Source of the DNA: a virus
Taxonomy: Duplodnaviria > Caudoviricetes
DNA length: 64,000 nucleotides
IMG/VR virus record: IMGVR_UViG_3300026522_000030
Coordinates: 4,990-68,989 of that record
Reading direction: 5' to 3' (one strand)
In this document: positions 56,758-64,000 of the stretch, in pieces
Layout of the letters: every line of letters starts with the position of its first letter
Numbering within the stretch: position 1 is the first letter of the stretch
Program-made: the position numbers and the translations under genes
Notes under the pieces: model-generated
What the model was told of the DNA's origin: nothing
What the model saw: only the letters and a program-made list of their open reading frames with translations
Database searches by the model: none

Positions 56758-57865
56758 TACATATCTCCTTCCATAGAGGTGATGACTGCCTCATCTTTGT
56801 CACACAGTCCTTAATAGTATTTACCAAGTATTCAATTTGCTCGTCGGTAATATTCTCATCTATCGTTATGCGGATTGAAGCCTTTGCAAGTTCATCACTC
56901 AATCCTATTGCCTTTAGAACGTGTGAGGGTTCAATGTTTGCGGAGTTACAAGCACTACCGGCAGATATTTGAACGCCTTTCAGATCACATTGCAGTACCA
57001 AACTCTCAGCTTCTATGCCCTCAAAGGCTATATTGATATTACCGCACACTCTATTTCCCAGACCACCGTTTAAATGACTTTTGGGAATTTCGAGCAATTG
57101 CCATATAATCTTATCACGTTGCTGTACTGTTGTTTGTAACTTTGAAATGATATTATCATTAGCGATTTCAATGGCTTTTGCTCCTGCTAAGATGCCGATA
57201 ATATTCTCTGTTGAGGCTCTCATGCCACGCTCCTGTCCACCGCCTTTGATTAATGGCTCAATATGTGTGCCACGTTTGATGTACATGAATCCGCTGCCTG
57301 ACAGTCCGCCAAGTTTGCCAAAAGAGCCAACGATACAGTCCATGCTGAGTACATGAACATCGATGGGAAATAAGTGTCCTATAGCCTGCGTCGCATCAAC
57401 GAGAATACTGCTATGCTTTTTGTGGCATATGTCAATAATTTCTTTTATAGGCTGAATTGTGCCAATCTCATTATTCACCCAACCAACAACCACATTGCCA
57501 TAGCGCGGACATTCTCTGTGGAATATATCTAAATCAACTCCACCCTTGTTGTTCACCGGAATAAACTGATTTGCATTTCGCAGCACAGCTTTATGTTCAA
57601 TAGTTGTTGTGTAGACTCTCCCAGCGTTACTGCAAAACCAATTGATTCCCTCACTTGCAGAACTTGTAAAGTAAATCTCATCTGCGTCTGCACCTATCGC
57701 CTTTGCAACCTGTTCTCTCGCCCGTTCTATCAGCCGCCGTGTAGATCGTCCGTTGCTGTAAATTGCTGACGGATTGTAAAAGTCTGTTTCAATGAAGTCG
57801 TGTATAAACTTCTTGACCTCCGGCAACAACGGTTTAAACGCTGCATTATCTGCGTATACGTTCAT
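56744..57865 (-). CDS. iscS: cysteine desulfurase (IscS/NifS family)
   Basis: 'YADNAA', 'EHKAV', 'NNEIGTIQP', 'DATQA', PLP Lys in 'SFGKLGG', 'GGGQERG', catalytic 'GSAC'. Confidence 0.9.
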   Translation of the reverse strand: MNVYADNAAFKPLLPEVKKFIHDFIETDFYNPSAIYSNGRSTRRLIERAREQVAKAIGADADEIYFTSSASEGINWFCSNAGRVYTTTIEHKAVLRNANQFIPVNNKGGVDLDIFHRECPRYGNVVVGWVNNEIGTIQPIKEIIDICHKKHSSILVDATQAIGHLFPIDVHVLSMDCIVGSFGKLGGLSGSGFMYIKRGTHIEPLIKGGGQERGMRASTENIIGILAGAKAIEIANDNIISKLQTTVQQRDKIIWQLLEIPKSHLNGGLGNRVCGNINIAFEGIEAESLVLQCDLKGVQISAGSACNSANIEPSHVLKAIGLSDELAKASIRITIDENITDEQIEYLVNTIKDCVTKMRQSSPLWKEICNENN

Positions 57866-57874
57866 TTCATCACC

Positions 57875-58093
57875 TCAATCACAATTTGTAGAAGTCATAT
57901 ATTCTACCACATATGTTGTTACATTAGTCTCTTGATTATATCTTGCACAAGCGGTAGCATCATATATGCCATAACCACATAGCATTGACTGAGGGAAGAT
58001 ATCTTCTAAGTCCTCATCTGTGATGTAACCGCCATGAAGCTGCGCTCTCTCATATTGCTCTTTGGTTATCGGCTTTTCGCTTCTTATAAGCAT
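57875..58093 (-). CDS. hypothetical protein
   Basis: 72 aa ORF in operon. Confidence 0.6.
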   Translation of the reverse strand: MLIRSEKPITKEQYERAQLHGGYITDEDLEDIFPQSMLCGYGIYDATACARYNQETNVTTYVVEYMTSTNCD

Positions 58094-58275
58094 TAATCAC
58101 TCCTCCTATACTTTTTAACAAGAGAATCTATGACTTCTTGCCAAGTCATTTTACCAGCGTCTACTTGCTCAATAATGTCTGTAAGGCTTTCAAGCTGCTC
58201 ATCCGTAAAATCAAAGCCCTCCATTTTTACACTTGCAATAGCATTATTAAAGGCTTTCTTGGTTTTGTCGGTCAT
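58093..58275 (-). CDS. VbhA-like (Fic-toxin inhibitor) antitoxin
   Basis: ~60 aa helical protein with S-x3-E-G motif 'ASVKMEGF'; AAGGAGG RBS. Confidence 0.65.
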   Translation of the reverse strand: MTDKTKKAFNNAIASVKMEGFDFTDEQLESLTDIIEQVDAGKMTWQEVIDSLVKKYRRSD

Positions 58276-58286
58276 ACATACCCTCC

Positions 58287-58796
58287 TTATCCCATATCGC
58301 TCCACTTGTAATGTTCACCAGTTATACAACCAGTGACATCATGATATACAACATTTACAGAATCCCCTTTTTCAAGTATTGAGTAGTCCTGACCCTTTAC
58401 CTCGTACTCAATTCCATTTGAAAGCGATACGTAATATCTTGTATCATCGTCTGATATCTCAGCTCTTTTACCAAGAACTGTCGCACTAATTGTATACGAT
58501 TCTTCTGTGCCATAACTCTTATCCGCTTCGCTAAGTAGCATCATTATCACTAAAGATACGATAGCAGCTAAAATAAAACCGCTCATAACTCCCCATAGGT
58601 TGTCGGATTTTTTATTATTTTTTTCTGCTTTTTCAAGAGCTAATTTTAATCCAAACTCGTCACCTTTATATTCTTCTTTCAGCCGAAATTTGTCACACTC
58701 AGATGTGTACAAATTTATAGAAAGATAAAATAACGATGCTGCACAAACACCACAAATAACGGTAATAGTCACACCAATAATTTCAATAATGGTCAT
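58287..58796 (-). CDS. membrane protein (two TM helices)
   Basis: two hydrophobic stretches and a C-terminal beta domain. Confidence 0.7.
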   Translation of the reverse strand: MTIIEIIGVTITVICGVCAASLFYLSINLYTSECDKFRLKEEYKGDEFGLKLALEKAEKNNKKSDNLWGVMSGFILAAIVSLVIMMLLSEADKSYGTEESYTISATVLGKRAEISDDDTRYYVSLSNGIEYEVKGQDYSILEKGDSVNVVYHDVTGCITGEHYKWSDMG

Positions 58797-58817
58797 TTGT
58801 TTTTTCTCCTTGTTCGG

Positions 58818-59114
58818 TCATGGCTTGTAAAATACCTCTACCAAAATATCTTCTCTTATTATCTTGCCAATTGGTTCAAGATAATCTCCGATACATTCTC
58901 GCTTATACCTTGGTTCTATGGCTTCAAGGTCAATCGTTTCTGTTAAGATAATTTCATTACCAGAAATACTTTCAACCTTTAAAACCTTGATAATATCTCC
59001 ATCTTCGTATTTAAGAAATACAGACAGCTCACCTTCACCAATCTTTCTTGATAGACGAAAACTATTAGTTGGCTTTGTTAATTTAAACGCTTGGTAAAAT
59101 GGTATGTCAGACAC
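58818..59114 (-). CDS. hypothetical protein
   Basis: GTG start after AGGGAG. Confidence 0.6.
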   Translation of the reverse strand: MSDIPFYQAFKLTKPTNSFRLSRKIGEGELSVFLKYEDGDIIKVLKVESISGNEIILTETIDLEAIEPRYKRECIGDYLEPIGKIIREDILVEVFYKP

Positions 59115-59147
59115 TTAATCATCTCCCTACTTTAAATATGACTTTAA

Positions 59148-59510
59148 TCACTTTGTTGCTTCGTAATTTGCAAAGAAATCCTTTAAATCAAACCACTTAT
59201 CCTCTAAGATATTGCCTATCTTGTGTATTGTACTTCCCCAACTTTCAGATTCAATTCTACAATATTTACCTTTCAAATCCTCCCAACGTTCTACACCGAT
59301 TGTGTCCATAATTTTCATTATTGCAACCAACCCAGAACCGTTATTGGCTCTAAAATCCTCAGACCCAAGATAGCCATGACCTATGCAATATCCACCCACG
59401 TTTACACCATATCCGCCACCTTCTAATGTAAGAAAGAAAGTAAGACAACCGTGGTCTGCCATTGTAAGTGTTACGTTCTTTATCTGCATATTAATAATCT
59501 CTTTTGCCAT
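59148..59510 (-). CDS. hypothetical protein
   Basis: AAGGAGG RBS, 120 aa. Confidence 0.75.
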   Translation of the reverse strand: MAKEIINMQIKNVTLTMADHGCLTFFLTLEGGGYGVNVGGYCIGHGYLGSEDFRANNGSGLVAIMKIMDTIGVERWEDLKGKYCRIESESWGSTIHKIGNILEDKWFDLKDFFANYEATK

Positions 59511-59534
59511 TTTAATACCTCCTTGTAATATCAG

Positions 59535-59933
59535 CTATATTACATAACCGTTGGGATAACTTCGATAAAATCGATCTTCATAGATATCTTTCAAGGTTTC
59601 GTCTATGTAATCATCAATTTTATTTACATATTTTTCATATTCTTTATTTTCTATAAAATGTTCAAGTCCACCTAACTGTATAAAGGTATGAGTACAAACC
59701 TTTTTGTTAAATCTTGTTATTAATTCCATTTTTGGTTTTGTGATATGTATGATTACCTCTACAATAACGGTTCTTTTAACAAATATGTGATGTTTTGGGC
59801 TGGGTGCAGTTTCTTCATAAGGGAAAGTAAGTATCCAACTATCAGTTTTTGAATTGTAGTGAAACCCATAGATCTTTAAGAAATCAAGCCTACCTGTAAA
59901 TTTAGAAGTTATGTATTTCATAATATCCTCCAA
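59535..59933 (-). CDS. hypothetical protein
   Basis: 132 aa ORF. Confidence 0.65.
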   Translation of the reverse strand: MEDIMKYITSKFTGRLDFLKIYGFHYNSKTDSWILTFPYEETAPSPKHHIFVKRTVIVEVIIHITKPKMELITRFNKKVCTHTFIQLGGLEHFIENKEYEKYVNKIDDYIDETLKDIYEDRFYRSYPNGYVI

Positions 59934-59974
59934 ATAAATTCATACTGTCAACCATTGCATTATCTCCGAAATAT

Positions 59975-60322
59975 TTATTCTTTGCCATTCGCTAAGTGTA
60001 CGGACTTAATTTTCATTTTTAAATACTTCTCGTCACTACTTTTAATGCAATCTAACAAGTTTTCGCTCACCCTAAGTTGTGACCAAAAATATTGTAATAT
60101 AATAGCAGCCTTCTTGCCATAAAAAGCATGAGTAGACGCAACTTCTCCCAACGCTCGAAATATATCTTTTGCACTTTCAGCATAAACAAGTGAACTGCCT
60201 ATTATGTTGTCCATTATAGCCGAATACACTAACCAATCCCATGATTCATCAAGATCCTCAAAGGAAACTGGATAATTATTGGATATGTCAGTCATAATCA
60301 TTGCAAGTCGTACATTCTTCAT
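59975..60322 (-). CDS. hypothetical protein
   Basis: AGGAGG RBS, 115 aa. Confidence 0.7.
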   Translation of the reverse strand: MKNVRLAMIMTDISNNYPVSFEDLDESWDWLVYSAIMDNIIGSSLVYAESAKDIFRALGEVASTHAFYGKKAAIILQYFWSQLRVSENLLDCIKSSDEKYLKMKIKSVHLANGKE

Positions 60323-60386
60323 TTAATCGCCTCCTATAAAATGTTTCTTTTATTTACACCAACGTAGAATAGTTAAAAACGGGCTG

Positions 60387-61373
60387 TTAATTTTTCTTTT
60401 TAAATATCATTATGCCTTCTGAATTGTCATTGAATCCGCTGTTTGAGTTTGTTCTTTTGATATTATCGAGAACTTCTGTGGTAACATACTCAAAGCCGTT
60501 ATTAAGAGCAATCTTCTTTATGTCTCCTACAAGATTGTAATTTGCAAAATTGTTTACGTTTATGGCAAATATACCATCTGAAATAAGATACTCGTGAATA
60601 TTCTTAATCGTATCAGTCATATACCCTGAGAGCCACATATCATAATTTACATTTTCATTCCAACTCTGATTCCCTATTTTATAATCTTCAAGGCAGAAAT
60701 AAGGTGGTGAGCTAAACGCAAGTCCCATTTTACCTTCCCATTCTGGAATAAAAACTTCTGAACCCTGTGTACGAATTTCGGTATAGGGCTTATGACCAAC
60801 AGCAACTCTCCAAAGCTTTGCCAATTCACCAAGTCTCTGAGTGAGCATATAATTGGGATCTGTTCCAAAATAATTTACATTATTTTTAAGTCCCCCCGTT
60901 AGCCTTGCACCCCAACCGCAGCTAAAATCATACCAACAGTTGTTCTTGTTGTATTTGGACAGAATATAGTCTACGGTCTTAATCGGAAAGTTACTTGGTT
61001 TTGAAGCTATGCCTTTGCCACCAAGCCTCAAACAAGTTTCTACATTTTTTATTAGAGAATTTGTTTTTGGGAAAACTTTTTCATTATGAGAACACTTCTC
61101 CACGAAGTAAGAAAGCAAATCCTTGCATTCAAAAACATCTTCTATGCTCCATTTAGAGTGGTAGAGTTTTGTTTTTGCCATTAAATCTTTGACAAAGTAA
61201 TTGGTTACATTTGAATTTTTAATGCCACCATTAGAAATCTTAATCATTTCTTTCTTCACATCATCAATATTCGGCTTTGCGTAATAAGCCTTCTTCAACT
61301 CGGCAAAGACATTATCTGAAAGTTCACACCAGTGATTTGTTTCAAGGCTCTCGCCCTTATAACTAATAATCAT
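60387..61373 (-). CDS. amino-DNA methyltransferase (m6A/m4C type), orphan
   Basis: SAM-binding 'YDFSCGWG' and catalytic 'FSSPPYF'. Confidence 0.8.
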   Translation of the reverse strand: MIISYKGESLETNHWCELSDNVFAELKKAYYAKPNIDDVKKEMIKISNGGIKNSNVTNYFVKDLMAKTKLYHSKWSIEDVFECKDLLSYFVEKCSHNEKVFPKTNSLIKNVETCLRLGGKGIASKPSNFPIKTVDYILSKYNKNNCWYDFSCGWGARLTGGLKNNVNYFGTDPNYMLTQRLGELAKLWRVAVGHKPYTEIRTQGSEVFIPEWEGKMGLAFSSPPYFCLEDYKIGNQSWNENVNYDMWLSGYMTDTIKNIHEYLISDGIFAINVNNFANYNLVGDIKKIALNNGFEYVTTEVLDNIKRTNSNSGFNDNSEGIMIFKKKN

Positions 61374-61450
61374 TTTATATTCCTCCTAAGATATTATTTT
61401 AAGAAAAGAACAGAGCCAAGATTATTAACTCTGTTCTAATCTCTGTATGT

Positions 61451-61479
61451 ATTATACCATACTATCTTCAATTTGTCAA
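61451..61479 (-). promoter_or_regulatory. sigmaA promoter upstream of methyltransferase
   Basis: minus strand TTGACA-N17-TATAAT, TGn extension, A/T-tract upstream. Confidence 0.85.
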
Positions 61480-61529
61480 GCACTTTTTGAGAAAAATTTC
61501 AAAAAAATTTTGCCGATAAAAGCAGAATT

Positions 61530-61778
61530 TCAATTCTTGGCTTCTTCCGTTATATCATCAATGTTCTTCTTCAAATACTCGCTCAATGCGATATAGCCTT
61601 TAGTGTTTACTTCCTCGCTGAATCCTCTGAACTTTACTCTCGCAGGGAAACAACCAGCCACTTCGCCATTATCGTCTATATCCAATACAATCGCCCAGCC
61701 AAATGCGTGAAGTATGGTGTTGACAAACCATAACATTCCGCTATTCCTAAACTCACTCCAAGATTTCTTATCGATCAT
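61530..61778 (-). CDS. hypothetical protein
   Basis: AAGGAG RBS, 82 aa. Confidence 0.7.
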   Translation of the reverse strand: MIDKKSWSEFRNSGMLWFVNTILHAFGWAIVLDIDDNGEVAGCFPARVKFRGFSEEVNTKGYIALSEYLKKNIDDITEEAKN

Positions 61779-61790
61779 TCAATCATCTCC

Positions 61791-62105
61791 TTATCCAAAT
61801 GTAGTTTTGCCACCTATGCTGTCGCCATATAACTCGTCAAACTTAAAGGCAATACGGTCAACGTCGTAATCAATTATTGCATCCGTGTCCCAAAAATGTA
61901 TAGCAAACACCTTTGAAATATCGCCTGAGTAAATTTCTCCAAACACATCAAGGATAGTTTTTAAATCAAAAATCATATCTTTTATCAGTTCTTCAATTTC
62001 AAATTGATAAACCTGAACATAAGGTTGTCCGTCCTCGTCAGTTAATTTGCCATATATCTCTTGAAACATATAGGTTGCAAATTCAGTCTGTTTATCAGTC
62101 ATCAT
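61791..62105 (-). CDS. hypothetical protein
   Basis: AAGGAG RBS, 104 aa. Confidence 0.7.
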   Translation of the reverse strand: MMTDKQTEFATYMFQEIYGKLTDEDGQPYVQVYQFEIEELIKDMIFDLKTILDVFGEIYSGDISKVFAIHFWDTDAIIDYDVDRIAFKFDELYGDSIGGKTTFG

Positions 62106-62132
62106 ATCATCTCCTTACATAAAACACAGGTT

Positions 62133-62552
62133 TTAACAATAATTTTCATACCACTTATTTATATTCCTTATGAACATTACCAACATTTCTTCGACTTGTT
62201 TCTGTATATATTCATACTCCATAGACATTTTGGTGAAGTCACAAGGGAACATAGAAGTAGGTATTCGCAATGCTACTGAACAATTCGCACATTTTTCTTC
62301 GATAGGGGTTATTGTAAGAACACAATCATTTTGATAAAAATTTTCAAACGATTGAACTTCTCTTATATCATACTTTAGGGGTATACCGTTAATAGTTTGA
62401 GGAATTATTGATTTACAAATGCCCGTAATAGTTTCGATTGTTTTGACCGACAACATTTTTGCTTCTTTATGTTTATATTCAGAAGGCAGTTGCACATTCC
62501 CATTATTATTAGAATGAAAAGATTTTGCTGCATATCCTCTGTTGCAAACCAT
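62133..62552 (-). CDS. hypothetical protein
   Basis: ATG 62552 after AAAGGAG. Confidence 0.65.
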   Translation of the reverse strand: MVCNRGYAAKSFHSNNNGNVQLPSEYKHKEAKMLSVKTIETITGICKSIIPQTINGIPLKYDIREVQSFENFYQNDCVLTITPIEEKCANCSVALRIPTSMFPCDFTKMSMEYEYIQKQVEEMLVMFIRNINKWYENYC

Positions 62553-62597
62553 ATCATTTGCTCCTTTCGCACCTAACATAAAACAGGTTTAAAGTCG

Positions 62598-62867
62598 TTA
62601 CGAATTAGCACCAACAAGTTTCAAAAAATCCTCGTCAGTGTAAATGCCAAATAAGTCAATATATTCTTCGCCTTCCCACCAATCAGTTTCCCAGATAAGA
62701 TTAAGACCATCGCCCCGCCATTCGAGAACTTCTAATTCGTAGGGAGATTCTAACATTTCTTTCTCTGTATAACCCTGTCTTATCACAACAAAGAAGTCTG
62801 ATACCCAAGTATGGCTCATCGCAAAATCATTCGTTATCTTATCAAGTTCATCGTATGTAACTCTCAT
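62598..62867 (-). CDS. hypothetical acidic protein
   Basis: GGAGGTG RBS, coupled to the radical SAM gene. Confidence 0.7.
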   Translation of the reverse strand: MRVTYDELDKITNDFAMSHTWVSDFFVVIRQGYTEKEMLESPYELEVLEWRGDGLNLIWETDWWEGEEYIDLFGIYTDEDFLKLVGANS

Positions 62868-63793
62868 TCAATCACCTCCATATCACAATTAATTGCATCG
62901 TAAATTTTGCCTATTTCGTATTTATATTCGTCAATAGGTGTTCTTTTGTAAAAGTCACAATAGCATTTACCATCATCGTGAATGACATACTCGATGCCTT
63001 TAGTATACTTAGTAGTGTCGGATACGCCACGCAAGAAAAATACTCTCATGCCATCTTTGCGTCTTAGCCTACACCACCATGAATCAGGTGTAGACTCATC
63101 GTTGATAATATCAAATTGATCTTCTTTTTTGCTATCGAGCATATAATCAACAAAATATTCCGCATAATGCCAAAACACATCACATCTAAATCTCACTGAA
63201 ATAAAGCCTTGTTTCTGCGCCCAATTGATGAAATTATCTCGCCACTGGTTGAAGTTTTCAATTTTACGAAAGATAACAGCGACAGCCGATACTGTAATAC
63301 CAACCGAGTTTAACCGAGAGATTATTCTCTTATAGGTCAAAGAGGGCGTGTAAATCTGCATTATGCTCTCTCGTTCTTTTTGCCTGTAATCGTGTACAGA
63401 GATATTTACATAATTGATAACATCTCTCATTAATTCAAGGGGTATTTGATAAAGATTAGTTCCGTTGGTTGTCATAGTAACTCTTGATACTTTATCCTTT
63501 ATGTGGAACTCTCTTAGCTTAATCAATACAAGTGATAACAAATTGACATCAAGTGTAGGCTCACCACCTGTAATATCAAGAGATACTGGGTTCTTGTCTC
63601 CTATTTCATTTAAGAGATGTTCTAAAGACGGGATGAAGTTATCTAAAAAACCTTTTATATCATATTGTACTACAGGCTTATCTTTGTTATAGCAGAACGG
63701 ACACTTTGCATTACAGCCACAAGGAATCACCAATTTAACAGAGACAACCTTGTTATAATCTTCTCGTTCTCGAAAGAAAATCACATTGCTCAC
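62864..63793 (-). CDS. radical SAM protein
   Basis: CxxxCxxC 'CNAKCPFC', 'ITGGEP', 'TTNG' and 'NISVH'. Confidence 0.9.
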   Translation of the reverse strand: MSNVIFFREREDYNKVVSVKLVIPCGCNAKCPFCYNKDKPVVQYDIKGFLDNFIPSLEHLLNEIGDKNPVSLDITGGEPTLDVNLLSLVLIKLREFHIKDKVSRVTMTTNGTNLYQIPLELMRDVINYVNISVHDYRQKERESIMQIYTPSLTYKRIISRLNSVGITVSAVAVIFRKIENFNQWRDNFINWAQKQGFISVRFRCDVFWHYAEYFVDYMLDSKKEDQFDIINDESTPDSWWCRLRRKDGMRVFFLRGVSDTTKYTKGIEYVIHDDGKCYCDFYKRTPIDEYKYEIGKIYDAINCDMEVIE

Positions 63794-63810
63794 CTCGCAT
63801 AAAAATAGAT

Positions 63811-63999
63811 TTAAAGTTCATTCTGTAATCCGATACCTTGTATCATTCCTGCAAGATAAGCAGAAACTTCCTTTTGAGAATAATCAGGATTTTCATTCTT
63901 GATTTTTTCTTGCCATGATTCAAGTATTTTTATTACGTCAAATGATGGGCGACTATTCAAGTCAACGCAACAATATTCTTGTTTAATAGGCAGTTCTTG
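63811..63999 (-). CDS. 3' part of a hypothetical protein running off the window
   Basis: open frame QELPIKQEYCCVDL..GLQNEL ending TAA at 63811-63813. Confidence 0.55.
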   Translation of the reverse strand, partial: QELPIKQEYCCVDLNSRPSFDVIKILESWQEKIKNENPDYSQKEVSAYLAGMIQGIGLQNEL

Positions 64000-64000
64000 C

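Noticed and set aside
355-63692. Many short opposite-strand or out-of-frame ORFs in the track (e.g. 355-585, 8265-8768, 29937-30362, 33429-33800)
   Set aside because: They shadow longer genes with clear motifs, lack an RBS and have no recognisable domains.
1-64000. CRISPR array or cas genes
   Set aside because: No regularly spaced direct repeats with unique spacers; the only RNA-guided nuclease is TnpB.
1-64000. Stop-codon recoding, inteins or introns in terminase, RNAP or NrdD
   Set aside because: Genes are full length in the standard code with expected sizes, and the tRNA has a normal CCA anticodon.

Overview
This 64 kb window is a segment of a large tailed (siphovirus-type) phage or prophage genome of a low-GC Firmicute, probably a gut or rumen Clostridia host. 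The host call is inferred from sigmaA promoters, GGAGG RBSs and gene content. Gene order resembles Bacillus phage SPbeta. On the + strand (1-49.2 kb) lie a YonO-like single-subunit RNA polymerase, ClpP-like protease, beta-CASP nuclease, an IS200/IS605 tnpB element, YonK-like and metallophosphoesterase genes, a ~465 nt highly structured non-coding region, tRNA-Trp, a tyrosine recombinase and a GT2 glycosyltransferase. These are followed by terminase, portal, capsid, tail, a 2018-aa tape measure, tail-tip genes, a seven-gene cassette of unknown function and the lysis genes. On the - strand (49.3-64 kb) is a convergent nucleotide-metabolism and accessory block: dUTPase, deoxyribonucleotidase, NrdD, guanylate kinase, ThyX-like, HPr-like, SleB-like hydrolase, IscS, VbhA-like antitoxin, DNA methyltransferase and radical SAM. 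The best leads are (i) the candidate large ornate ncRNA upstream of the tRNA, (ii) the seven-gene cassette between tail fibre and lysis genes, (iii) three 17-bp inverted repeats upstream of the recombinase, and (iv) a 47-bp IS left-end/right-end fusion scar. No CRISPR array, reverse transcriptase, intein or recoding was seen. All product calls come from motif reading by eye; no database searches were run.
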